A program made the position numbers and the translations under genes. Under the pieces are notes generated by a model, which did not search any database, was not told where the DNA came from, and saw only the letters and a list, made by a program, of their open reading frames with translations. Positions 9,210 through 18,453 of a stretch of 64,000 bases of DNA are shown piece after piece; position 1 is the first letter of the stretch, and every line of letters starts with the position of its first letter. Source of the DNA: Deltaproteobacteria bacterium (GTDB lineage Bacteria; Desulfobacterota; BSN033; UBA1163); contig JAGVBT010000069.1 of NCBI GenBank assembly GCA_020059605.1, positions 11,715 to 75,714 of the forward strand. Direction: 5' to 3'.

Positions 9210-10678
9210 AAAGCCAGCTCCCCGTTTTTAAAGACCGGCTCCAGGAAGGGAAAATGATTCAATCGATTAACAAAGGAGGCGGGGTAACCCCCGGTGTGGC
9301 GAATGGTTCGATCATCATAGATCCGAGTCTTTTTAATCAAAATAAAATAAACCCTGTTTTTTTTCAATGCGGTTTTAATCGATTCATCATCCGCCCAGAG
9401 AAGTCTTCGGATATCCCAGAAGAGGGTGTCCCAAACAGCCTTCTGCCTGGTGAATTCCGTGAGATTTAATTCGATATAGAGAACGGAGGCCTTGTCGGGG
9501 AGGGTCCTGTTGATGTAATCCATTCCCTCCCGGATCCCGGGAGGGACCTTCCGTTCAGCGGCCGTGTAAGTGATGGTGGCGAGAAACTGAAGGAGGCAAA
9601 GGATAAGGATGATTGTTCTATAGGAAGGCCTCCTGAAGGAGGAGATCATTTTTGATGCGATGACGCAAAGGAGAGGGGTCAGGGACAACAGATACCGGAT
9701 GTCTCCCCGGATTCCATAGGCAAAAAGGAAACACAGAAAATAGAAGAGGAGAGGAATGCCGATCAAGAGATCCTTCCTTTCAACCCTTCTCCGCAGGAGG
9801 AGAAGCAAGAGGAGGCCGAGGAGGGGAACTCCGAAATATTTGGCGTGGTCCTTTATTTTTGAAAAAGAGGAGTTGTAGTATGTCCGAATGGGTGGAGAAG
9901 GGGCGGATCTCTCCGGCTGGAGCCATTCACGGGTCGTCTCGGAAAGCTGGGATCCCCGGTGAATGATAAACTTGAGATATTTTTTCGGACTTCCAAGAGC
10001 GGCTTCCATGCCTAAATGTTTTTCCCTCCAGTAGAAATCAGGTCCGATCAGGAGGAGCGCTCCGACTGAAAAAAGAACTACCTTTTGAAGCCACATCTCA
10101 CGCTTCCGGAGAAGGAAGATCATGACCAGGAGAGGGGGCCCGAAAAAAAGCCCGTGCAGTTTGGTCAGGCACGTCAGGCCGAATCCAAGCCCTGCCAGGA
10201 ATTCCCGCTTCTTAACAAGTAGAAGGAGTGTCAGGGTCGAAAAAGCGGCCAGGGGCACATCCACATAAAAGAGAATTCCAAAAGATACGACCATCGGGAC
10301 GCTGCCGACCAAGACCATCGCATAACGTCCTTCCCTCTCTCCGTACAGGTCTTTCCCGAGAAAGTAGGTGGCCGCCAACAGGAGGGCATAAAAGAGGGTA
10401 TGATAGATCTGGGCCACCCCGAAAGAAATCCCCCCGGTCAGCTTCCAGAGGAAGGCCAATCCGAGATGCCAAAGGGGAGGGGCATAGTAATAGTTCCGAT
10501 GAGAGAAATTCCTCCCATAAACAGGGTCGAAGGGGACCCTCTCCCCTGCTTCAAAGATGTCCCTGGCAAAACGATAGTGATGGATCTCGTCACCAAGATA
10601 GAGCTCGGACAGGAGACCTGCCGTCAGGATTCCAACCACAAGGGAAAGGGGAAGGAGCCAAAAGAGGCGAAACTGCAT
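9176..10678 (-). CDS. GT-C / PMT_2-like membrane glycosyltransferase (paralog of 6481-8100)
   Basis: Collinear with its paralog (LGDEIHHYRFARDIF; C-terminal ...ILIKKTRIYDD...HTGGYP...). I place the start at ATG 10678 (MQFRLFWLL...). The listed 10768 start is TTG and runs into a promoter-like repeat. Confidence 0.65.
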   Translation of the reverse strand: MQFRLFWLLPLSLVVGILTAGLLSELYLGDEIHHYRFARDIFEAGERVPFDPVYGRNFSHRNYYYAPPLWHLGLAFLWKLTGGISFGVAQIYHTLFYALLLAATYFLGKDLYGEREGRYAMVLVGSVPMVVSFGILFYVDVPLAAFSTLTLLLLVKKREFLAGLGFGLTCLTKLHGLFFGPPLLVMIFLLRKREMWLQKVVLFSVGALLLIGPDFYWREKHLGMEAALGSPKKYLKFIIHRGSQLSETTREWLQPERSAPSPPIRTYYNSSFSKIKDHAKYFGVPLLGLLLLLLLRRRVERKDLLIGIPLLFYFLCFLFAYGIRGDIRYLLSLTPLLCVIASKMISSFRRPSYRTIILILCLLQFLATITYTAAERKVPPGIREGMDYINRTLPDKASVLYIELNLTEFTRQKAVWDTLFWDIRRLLWADDESIKTALKKNRVYFILIKKTRIYDDRTIRHTGGYPASFVNRLNHFPFLEPVFKNGELALWKLREEERGV

Positions 10679-10776
10679 CCGAAAGTCAACTCCGGGGATG
10701 TCGTTATCTATCGGGCTGATTTTCCAGCCAGACCTGAAATCCTCAATCGGGCCGAGATGGTTACCCAATCAACGAC

Positions 10777-10805
10777 ATTGTAGAAGATATTGATTTTTTC
10801 TGCAA
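10777..10805 (-). promoter_or_regulatory. Candidate sigma70 promoter, TTGCAG-17 nt-TACAAT (third copy of the repeated promoter module)
   Basis: The minus strand reads TTGCAGaaaaaatcaatatcttcTACAAT, about 95 nt upstream of ATG 10678. The same -35/-10 pair recurs at 23169-23197. Confidence 0.45.
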
Positions 10806-11015
10806 ATGACGCCAGTCCAGCGATTGTTGACACGGTCCAAGGAATTATTTATAGTTACAATAAATTATCATCCTTTTTTAAATAACTCTTCGTTGCTCTC
10901 CGATGGTGCACATTTAAAAATACTACGATCGGGGACCCATTCGCAATTCGGTTTCGAGTTGCAACGGTTGGGATTTCTAATGGGTGGTGCGTTTTCTCCT
11001 AAGAGTAGATATCCA

Positions 11016-12506
11016 ATGGCCGATGTTTTCCTTATTAAATTGGAGCCGGATTATGAAAGTTACTCCATGGCCCCTCCTTTTGGTATTTTATACCTTGCCT
11101 CATCCCTGGAAGGAGAAGGGTTTCATGTTAAACTTTTTCATGAAAGAGGAACTTCCGAGAATATCCAGGCCATTGTGGATAGGGTTCGCATGAACCCTCC
11201 TCTTTTTGTCGGGGTTTCAACCTTCACAGGACCTTCCCTCCTTCCTTCTTTAATCGTCTCCAGCAAGATTAAGAAGGAAGTTGGTGTCCCAGTCATTTGG
11301 GGCGGGATACATCCTACTATGCTCCCGGAACAGACACTCAGGGAAGATTGTTTAGATATGGTTGTCCTCGGCGAGGGCGAAAAGACGATCATTGATCTGG
11401 CTAATACCTTGGCGGACAAAGGTCCCCACCCGGCCAACTTGGAATCCATTCAGGGAATCGGGTATAAGGAAAATGGAGTGATCCGAGTCACTTCCTCACG
11501 CCCCTTTATTGCCCACCTCGATCATTATTCGCCCGCTTGGCATCTTCTCGATATGAATAGATACCTTCGTCAAGGCGACTACTTCTATTCCAGCATTGGT
11601 TCCCAAATGGCAACCTATAAAGTGGCCGGGATGATTACGAGTCGAGGCTGCCCTTGGAGGTGCGGTTACTGTTATAATCAATCGGTTAACAAACGCCATT
11701 TTCGGGCCCAGTCTGCGGAGAAGGTTGTTAAAGAAATTGAGTTTCTAAAAATAAATTATGGGGTAACGGCTATTGCATTTGAAGACGATGGTTTCTTTAC
11801 GAATCGCGATAGAGCCCTTTCCATCATTCGAAAGATCGATCTTCCTTGGAGTTCATCCATCCGAGCGAATGATCTGGCCCGATGGGGGGAGAAGTTCATC
11901 GGAGAGCTGAAAGCCTGCAATTGCTTCGAATTACGGATTGGTGCCGAATCAGGATCTCAAAGGGTCTTAGACCTGATGGAAAAAGATATCTCGTTAGGCG
12001 ACATTTACCAATCCGCAGAACTATGTCTCAAAAGCAAGATTAACCTTTTGATGGGATTTATGTATGGCGTCCCCGGAGAAACGTGGTCGGATATGCTCAA
12101 GACCTTCCAACTCATCGATGAGTTGGACAACATGGGTGTGACGATTGCTTCAGGACCGGCTCTATTCTTTCCTTATCCCGGGACCCCTCTCTATGACAGA
12201 GCAATCGAAAAAGGGTTCCATCCTCCTCAGCGGATAAAGGATTGGTCAGTCCAATGGGGACCTAAGCAGCCCCTCCTTCCATTTGTTGACAGAAGGGCAA
12301 GGTTTGTCGGCTATTACAGGACGATTGCGTTTAGAAAGGAGATCCGGTCCTTCCGGTTTCCCTTTCTTGTAAGAATATTAAAGTCCTTCGCCAGAATAAG
12401 ATGGAAAACAAGGTTCTTCTCGTTTCCTCTCGATTACTACATTCCCCATTTCGTTTTGAAATTGGTCAGAGCGTTGAAAATCGGAAGACTTACCGATAAT
12501 CAATAA
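11016..12506 (+). CDS. B12-binding-domain radical SAM enzyme
   Basis: N-terminal cobalamin-binding-like block (FVGVSTFTGPS...VPVIWGGIHPT), then ITSRGCPWRCGYCYN (CX3CX2C). The listed ORF starts at 10806. Codons before Met71 (11016) overlap the divergent promoter and look non-homologous. ATG 10980 is an alternative start. Confidence 0.85.
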   Translation: MADVFLIKLEPDYESYSMAPPFGILYLASSLEGEGFHVKLFHERGTSENIQAIVDRVRMNPPLFVGVSTFTGPSLLPSLIVSSKIKKEVGVPVIWGGIHPTMLPEQTLREDCLDMVVLGEGEKTIIDLANTLADKGPHPANLESIQGIGYKENGVIRVTSSRPFIAHLDHYSPAWHLLDMNRYLRQGDYFYSSIGSQMATYKVAGMITSRGCPWRCGYCYNQSVNKRHFRAQSAEKVVKEIEFLKINYGVTAIAFEDDGFFTNRDRALSIIRKIDLPWSSSIRANDLARWGEKFIGELKACNCFELRIGAESGSQRVLDLMEKDISLGDIYQSAELCLKSKINLLMGFMYGVPGETWSDMLKTFQLIDELDNMGVTIASGPALFFPYPGTPLYDRAIEKGFHPPQRIKDWSVQWGPKQPLLPFVDRRARFVGYYRTIAFRKEIRSFRFPFLVRILKSFARIRWKTRFFSFPLDYYIPHFVLKLVRALKIGRLTDNQ

Positions 12507-12534
12507 ATCCAGCCCTTGTTAAGGGGTTCAACGA

Positions 12535-13812
12535 ATGCTTCCCCATCATGCCATTCACCTATACGGGTTGATCAGAAACCAGTGGAAAAACCCCGAAACG
12601 ATTAAAAAGATACAAGAAAGAAAATTAAGAAAGCTGATTCATTATGTCTACGAGAATGTCCCTTATTACAGGAACCTATTTGATTCTTTGAAGATCAAGC
12701 CCTTTGACATTCGGAAGAAAGAAGATCTTCAGTTTCTTCCTCTGACCTCCAAGAGACAGCTCCAGGGACTTCCTTTGAAAGATATTACCTCCAATGCTCT
12801 AAGGCTTGAGATTTGTAAGACTTTCTATACGAGTGGAACAACGGGGATTCCCATGCAACTATATTATGATCCTCACGATGTTACCTTAATGAATCTCAGC
12901 TGGGTCCGCGCCTTTTTAGCTGGGGGAATGAAACCTTGGCACAAGTTGGCCGATTTTAAGGGGATGAAAACTCTTCATCGAAAAAAAGCATGGTATGAAT
13001 ATTTGGGGCTTCTTAGAAGGAGGGAGATATCTGCCTGGGATGCTGAGGAGAAGTGGATCGAGGAGATTCGAAAATGGAAGCCCCAGGTCCTCATAGGATA
13101 TGTGAGGACGTTGAGGATGCTGGCTGAAGCCGTTCAGAGATCAGGGATCAAAGAGTTCAAGCCAAAGATCATCTTTCACAGTTCGGCGATTCTTGATGAA
13201 GCTACCCGGCGATTGTTCTCAGAAGTGTTTCAGGGCAAGCGAGTAGACATTTACGGCTCTTACGAGGGAGGGTGCCTTGCCTGGGAATGTGAGATATGTT
13301 CAGGCTACCATCTCTGTTCGGATATGGTCATCGTTGAAGTTTTAAACCAGGGGAAGCCCGTTGCGCCAGGTGAAACAGGGGAGGTGGTCATTACCAATCT
13401 CCAATCTTACGCCATGCCTTTTATCCGTTATAAGCAAGAGGATCAGGTGACCCTTTCCGGACAAGAACCGAGATGCGGTAGGGGATTGGAGCTTTTAGAT
13501 TCCATCCATGGCAGGACGGATGATTTTATCACATTACAAAATGGTCAGCGCATTTCTCCCCAACCTTTCCTTTATCTCATGGAAAAAATTTCAGGAATCA
13601 GGCAATGGAGAGCGATCCAGGAAAAAATGAATGAACTGAACGTGGAGATCGAGCCCTCTGAGCTTAGCCACGAGAGCCTGACGTTGATTAAAGAGAGCTT
13701 GAAAGGGCTATTAGGGAGTGAAATGAACATTCATTTCATATTGGTCGACTCCATCAAAGTAGATCCCCCTTCAAAATTTCGCTTCGTCAGCTCTAAAATA
13801 AACAGGTCCTGA
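12535..13812 (+). CDS. Adenylate-forming enzyme, phenylacetate-CoA ligase / coenzyme F390 synthetase / CapK-like
   Basis: FYTSGTTGIPMQ (AMP-binding P-loop-like motif), YGSYEGG and GRTDDFITLQNGQRISPQ blocks are typical of the PaaK family. Confidence 0.75.
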   Translation: MLPHHAIHLYGLIRNQWKNPETIKKIQERKLRKLIHYVYENVPYYRNLFDSLKIKPFDIRKKEDLQFLPLTSKRQLQGLPLKDITSNALRLEICKTFYTSGTTGIPMQLYYDPHDVTLMNLSWVRAFLAGGMKPWHKLADFKGMKTLHRKKAWYEYLGLLRRREISAWDAEEKWIEEIRKWKPQVLIGYVRTLRMLAEAVQRSGIKEFKPKIIFHSSAILDEATRRLFSEVFQGKRVDIYGSYEGGCLAWECEICSGYHLCSDMVIVEVLNQGKPVAPGETGEVVITNLQSYAMPFIRYKQEDQVTLSGQEPRCGRGLELLDSIHGRTDDFITLQNGQRISPQPFLYLMEKISGIRQWRAIQEKMNELNVEIEPSELSHESLTLIKESLKGLLGSEMNIHFILVDSIKVDPPSKFRFVSSKINRS

Positions 13813-13823
13813 AAAGAAAATAA

Positions 13824-14948
13824 ATGTTGAAGGCTCTCTTAACCCATCCCAGGTTAAAGATGATTTCCTCTCCTCTCGGCTTAGGAAAGAACCTTATCCA
13901 ATACAGGTTCTTACAACCCTTGATCCAACGCCCTCTTTTGCCGCGGGCCATTTGCCTCTATGTTACCTACCGCTGTAATATGCGATGCAGAATGTGCGGC
14001 ATCTGGAAGCAACAGGGCAAATCCCTATCCAACGAATTAACCCTCCCGGAATTAGATCGTATTCTTTCCGACCGTCTTTTTACCAAGCTTGAAACAATCA
14101 ATATTAACGGGGGAGAACCGAATCTTCGAGAAGACCTTATTGAAATAGTCGATCTTCTTATTTCTAAATTGCGGAGAATAAAAAGAATCACCCTCAACTC
14201 GAATGGAGTGCCCCCCCATAGAACAATAGAAAATGCCGCCCGGATTTCAGACCGATGCCGAAGGCAGGGGATTCTTTTTTCGATTTCGGTTTCATTGCAT
14301 GACATTGGACCACGGTACGATACCATTTCAGGGATAAAGGGCACTTATGAGAAGGTGATACAGGCATTAAAGGGAATGCAGAAAATACGCCAACACAATC
14401 CATTTTATCTTTCCGTCAACTGCGTCATTTCGAACTTAAATCTTCACCATCTGGAAGAAATGATCGAATGGGATCAGAAAAATCAAATTCCTGTTAATTT
14501 TACGCTGGGGGAAATAAGGGATCGTTTCCATAACATTGAGATGGCTGAAGGGATTGAAATTAATGAGAAGGATAGACCTTACCTGGTCGAATTCTTAAGA
14601 AAATTAGCCAACAAGAGGAAAGTTTATTTTCAGCACGCCTTGAGGTATGTCGAATTGGCGGATATGATGGAGTTTTCGAAAAGGCGGAAGCTCGCCTGCC
14701 ATTATGCCATGGGGGGGGTCATTTTGGGATCAGAGGGCTTGCTTTATTACTGCAAGAGTAGCCGCTCAATCGGCAACTGCCGTGAAAGATCGGCTTACGA
14801 TTGCTATTTCGATCCGAACAATCTTGAATATCGGCAATCATTGATTGAGGGGAAGTGTGGAGCGTGTCCTCCGAACACCTTTAATCAAATGGAGGTTGGA
14901 AGAGATTTGTTCAGACTTTTCAGGTTTTTGCTTAAGGGAAATGGATGA
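13824..14948 (+). CDS. Radical SAM enzyme with SPASM/twitch-like C-terminal Cys cluster
   Basis: LYVTYRCNMRCRMCGIW (CX3CX2C), INGGEPNL. The C-terminus has CHYAMGG...YYCKSS...GNC...CGACPP. Paralogous to 17475-18449. Confidence 0.8.
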   Translation: MLKALLTHPRLKMISSPLGLGKNLIQYRFLQPLIQRPLLPRAICLYVTYRCNMRCRMCGIWKQQGKSLSNELTLPELDRILSDRLFTKLETININGGEPNLREDLIEIVDLLISKLRRIKRITLNSNGVPPHRTIENAARISDRCRRQGILFSISVSLHDIGPRYDTISGIKGTYEKVIQALKGMQKIRQHNPFYLSVNCVISNLNLHHLEEMIEWDQKNQIPVNFTLGEIRDRFHNIEMAEGIEINEKDRPYLVEFLRKLANKRKVYFQHALRYVELADMMEFSKRRKLACHYAMGGVILGSEGLLYYCKSSRSIGNCRERSAYDCYFDPNNLEYRQSLIEGKCGACPPNTFNQMEVGRDLFRLFRFLLKGNG

Positions 14949-14987
14949 ATGGGAGAGAAGAGAATGGGGAGGTAAAAGATTGTTAAA

Positions 14988-16253
14988 ATGAATATTCTCC
15001 TCTTAAATACACATTCCGTTCTCAACACAGGGGATGCGGGAATCGTTCTTGCCCAGGTTCAGTGGTGTCGAAAGGTTTTTTCTCACCCCGAGATTGGCCT
15101 CACATCAAGGACCCCCGATCTTGACCGGCTTTTTTACGGGCCGATGGGGATCCATGTCCATTCTCCCTTCATTTCCCCTCCCAGTCTCTTCGCCGGAAAA
15201 GGTCAAAAACTCATGGCATGTCTTAAGGACTTAATCACGCTGAAACCGAAAGGCCGCCTCGCCCGGGCGATCAAAGAGAGCGACCTTGTTATCAGCAGCG
15301 GGGGAGGATATTTCTATTCAAACCGGAGCGTTTTCCCGGGACCCATATTCTTTCAGAATTGGCTTCCTCTCGCGGCAACCGTCCGATGGGAAAAACCCGT
15401 CTTTTTTTTTCCGCAGTCCTTCGGACCCTTTTACAATTCCGTTGCGCCTGTTATGCTCAGGAGAATCCTGGAAAACCGAAACGTCAAAAAGATCTTTGCC
15501 CGCGAGGATGTTTCCCTCCATCTCCTCCAGGGCTTATTAAGGCAGAAGGACCAGGGAAAGTTAGACATCTGCCCGGACATGGCATTTTCCCTGGAAATGA
15601 GAGAGGAGGGAGTCGGGCCCCCCGCCCGTTTAAATCTGCCCAGGCCGATTGTGGCCCTCACCGTAAGGGAGTGGGATTTTCCGGGAAGATCCCATCCCGA
15701 GAAGAGGCAATTGCGGGAAAATTACCTGCAGGCCCTGGAAAAGGCTTGCGAGACGATTTACCGGAATTGGAAGGGTTCGATCGTCATCTTTCCCCAGGCG
15801 AGAGGGCCCGGGATTTTTGAAAACGACAGGATCATCTCGATGAAGTTATGGGAAAAGGTCCGAACATCTGTCCCCGAAGGACACCTGGCGGTCGTTGATC
15901 TGCCGGATCTTCTCCCTCCCTCTTCAATCGTTAACCTTCTTGCGCAAGTTGATCTGCTCATTGCCACCCGGTTCCATTCGGCCATCTTTGCGGCTTTAGC
16001 CAGGACCCCGTTTATCTCGATCGGGTATCAGGCGAAGAGCCTGGGAACCCTGAAAAACTTAGGTCTGGAAACCTTTTCTATAGATATCTCAGAGATCTCG
16101 CCCGATCGAATCATGGCCCTCACAGAGCCCCTTTTGAAGGACTGCGAGGCTTACCGGGATCGGATCGCACGGGCCGTCTCGGAGACCCGAAGCAGGATTT
16201 ATAAAAAATTGGAAGGATGTTTCGAAGCCTTAGGATACCTGGACTCGCTCTGA
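14988..16253 (+). CDS. Polysaccharide pyruvyl transferase family protein (WcaK/CsaB-like)
   Basis: MNILLLNTHSVLNTGDAGIV... and ATRFHSAIFAALARTPFISIGYQAKS are the characteristic PS_pyruv_trans blocks. Confidence 0.8.
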   Translation: MNILLLNTHSVLNTGDAGIVLAQVQWCRKVFSHPEIGLTSRTPDLDRLFYGPMGIHVHSPFISPPSLFAGKGQKLMACLKDLITLKPKGRLARAIKESDLVISSGGGYFYSNRSVFPGPIFFQNWLPLAATVRWEKPVFFFPQSFGPFYNSVAPVMLRRILENRNVKKIFAREDVSLHLLQGLLRQKDQGKLDICPDMAFSLEMREEGVGPPARLNLPRPIVALTVREWDFPGRSHPEKRQLRENYLQALEKACETIYRNWKGSIVIFPQARGPGIFENDRIISMKLWEKVRTSVPEGHLAVVDLPDLLPPSSIVNLLAQVDLLIATRFHSAIFAALARTPFISIGYQAKSLGTLKNLGLETFSIDISEISPDRIMALTEPLLKDCEAYRDRIARAVSETRSRIYKKLEGCFEALGYLDSL

Positions 16254-16255
16254 CC

Positions 16256-17482
16256 ATGAAACTGCTTCTTATTAATAAATTCCTCTATCCCAAGGGGGGG
16301 GATGCGCTGAGTACTTTTTCCACCGGCGCCCTTCTTTCGATGAAGAAGAACGAAGTCATCTATTGGGGGATGGATCATCCCCAGAATCCCCCCTATCCGG
16401 ACCGGGATCTCTTCGTTTCCGAGATCGATTATCACCGGCCCCTTGCCCTGGGAAAGAAATTCGGGCTTTCGCTCGGCATCTTTTACTCCCTCGAGTCGAA
16501 GAGGAAAGTTCAAAAACTCATTCAGAGGGAGAAACCCGACCTTGTTCATTTAAATAACTTCGCCCATCAGATCTCGCCGTCCATTTTGGATGTGTTTCGA
16601 GCCCATGGCCTTCCGGCGGTCATGACGATGCACGATTATAAACTGGTCTGCCCCAACTATCTGATGCTATGGAAGGGAAAGCCTTGCGAACGTTGCCGCC
16701 ATGGGAGATATTACTGGTGTGCGGTTCGAAGGTGCACCCACCGTTCCTTCTTAAAAAGCGTGGTGAATACGGCTGAGATGTATTTGCATCACCGGCTTCT
16801 CCGTATTTATGACGGAATCGGCCTTTTCATCTCACCGAGCCGTTTTCTCATGGAGAAGGTTAAGGAGATGGGTTTCCGGGGTGAGGCGGTCCACCTGCCC
16901 AATTTCGTCGATCCGAAGGCCTATACGCCCTGCTGGTCATCAATAGAGGGCGAGATCTGCTATGTCGGACGGCTCTCTTCGGAAAAGGGGATACTTACCC
17001 TGCTGGAAGCCATGAAAGGCCTTCCTCTCCGATTAAAGATCATCGGGGAGGGACCTCTGCGGCAGGCTATCGAAGATAAGATAAAAAGGGAGAGGATGGA
17101 GAATGTGAGCCTCCTTGGGTACCGTTCCGGAAAGGAGTTGGAGAAGGAGATCGGGGAGGCATCCGCAGTCGTTGTTCCGTCGGAATGGTATGAGAATAGC
17201 CCCCGGGTGATCTATGAAGCTTTCGCCATGGGCAAACCGGTGATCGGGGCAAGGATCGGAGGGATTCCCGAGCTCGTTGAGGATCACCGGACAGGATTGA
17301 CCTTTGAACCGGGAAACCCGGAAGACCTGAAGGAGAAAATTCGTTTCCTGTCGGAGAACCGGGAGGCCTTCCTTGAGATGGGAAGGAATGGAAGGAAATT
17401 TATCGAAGAGAATTTTGATCCTGATCTGTATTATGAAAAGCTCATGACCCTCTATCGGAAGACGATGAAAAAAGATGCGTAG
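16256..17482 (+). CDS. GT4 glycosyltransferase
   Basis: MKLLLINKFLYPKGGDA..., then SEWYENSPRVIYEAFAMGKPVIGARIGGIPELVED (the E-x7-E region). Start set at ATG 16256, 3 nt after the upstream TGA. The listed ORF starts at 16217. Confidence 0.85.
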   Translation: MKLLLINKFLYPKGGDALSTFSTGALLSMKKNEVIYWGMDHPQNPPYPDRDLFVSEIDYHRPLALGKKFGLSLGIFYSLESKRKVQKLIQREKPDLVHLNNFAHQISPSILDVFRAHGLPAVMTMHDYKLVCPNYLMLWKGKPCERCRHGRYYWCAVRRCTHRSFLKSVVNTAEMYLHHRLLRIYDGIGLFISPSRFLMEKVKEMGFRGEAVHLPNFVDPKAYTPCWSSIEGEICYVGRLSSEKGILTLLEAMKGLPLRLKIIGEGPLRQAIEDKIKRERMENVSLLGYRSGKELEKEIGEASAVVVPSEWYENSPRVIYEAFAMGKPVIGARIGGIPELVEDHRTGLTFEPGNPEDLKEKIRFLSENREAFLEMGRNGRKFIEENFDPDLYYEKLMTLYRKTMKKDA

Positions 17483-18449
17483 ACTCGAGGCCTCCATCAT
17501 CACTACCTATCGATGTTTCAGCCGGTGCGAGAGGTGTCATATCTGGAAGCATCCAGCAAGGAGGGACGAGGAATTTGATCCCTCCTTGCTGGAAAAACTG
17601 CCTTCCCTCTCCTTCTGCAATATTACGGGCGGGGAACCTTTCGTCCGGGAAGACCTGGAAGAGATCGTCCGGGTTCTTCGAAGAAAGGCGCAAAGAATCG
17701 TTATCTCCACCAATGGCTATCTCGTGGAGAAAACCGTCCATCTGGCAACCCGATACCCGGACATCGGGTTTCGAATCAGCCTGGAGGGACTTCCCGCGAC
17801 GAATGACGCGCTTCGCGGGATGGAGGGAGGGGCGGAGAACGGATTGCGGACTCTCCGGGAGCTTCAGGGGATAGGGGTAAAAGACTTGGGCATGGCCATG
17901 ACCGTTTCCGACCGCAACGCATGCGATTTGGTCGAACTCTACCGGTTGTCCAGGAGCATGGGCGTAGAATTTGCCACAGCCGCGGTCCATAACTCCTTTT
18001 ATTTCCATATATCGGAAAACGCAATTCTCAAGAAGGAAGAAGTGACTTCGTGTTTTGAACGCCTCGTCGAGGAGTTACTGGGGACCTGGAAGGTGAAGAA
18101 CTGGTACCGCGCCTTTTTCAATGACGGGCTGATCCGTTACATCCTGGGACAACCGAGGCCTCTTCCCTGCACGGCAGGGACGGACCTCTTTTTCCTTGAC
18201 CCCCGGGGAAACCTTTTGCCCTGCAATGGAATGGAAGAGGGGTTGTGGTTTGAAACGATGGGAAATCTTTTGGACCGTCCTTTTGAAGAGATATGGACCT
18301 CCGAGAAAGCCAGGGCCGTTCGGGAAAAGGTTCGCCATTGCCCCAAACAGTGCTGGATGATCGGAACAGCGAGCCCGGCCATCAAAAGGCATCCTTTAAG
18401 GCCGACGATGTGGGTCCTTAAGAATAAATTTAAAAACCTCTTCCCATAG
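17475..18449 (+). CDS. Radical SAM enzyme with SPASM-like C-terminal domain
   Basis: ITTYRCFSRCERCHIW (CX3CX2C), ITGGEPF. C-terminal CTAGTDLFFLDPRGNLLPCNG...GNL...HCPKQCW. ATG overlaps the upstream stop. Confidence 0.8.
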   Translation: MRRLEASIITTYRCFSRCERCHIWKHPARRDEEFDPSLLEKLPSLSFCNITGGEPFVREDLEEIVRVLRRKAQRIVISTNGYLVEKTVHLATRYPDIGFRISLEGLPATNDALRGMEGGAENGLRTLRELQGIGVKDLGMAMTVSDRNACDLVELYRLSRSMGVEFATAAVHNSFYFHISENAILKKEEVTSCFERLVEELLGTWKVKNWYRAFFNDGLIRYILGQPRPLPCTAGTDLFFLDPRGNLLPCNGMEEGLWFETMGNLLDRPFEEIWTSEKARAVREKVRHCPKQCWMIGTASPAIKRHPLRPTMWVLKNKFKNLFP

Positions 18450-18453
18450 AAAG

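Noticed and set aside
10806-11015. Upstream 70 codons of the listed radical SAM ORF.
   Set aside because: The region begins inside the divergent promoter-like repeat, has no radical SAM or B12-domain similarity, and is A+T-rich. The B12-binding-like N-terminus begins at Met71.
13824-18449. The two SPASM radical SAMs acting as anaerobic sulfatase-maturating enzymes for the downstream 'sulfatases'.
   Set aside because: Neither sulfatase-like protein has the Cys/Ser-x-Pro-x-Arg target motif. The genes are also more than 20 kb apart, on opposite strands and in different operons.
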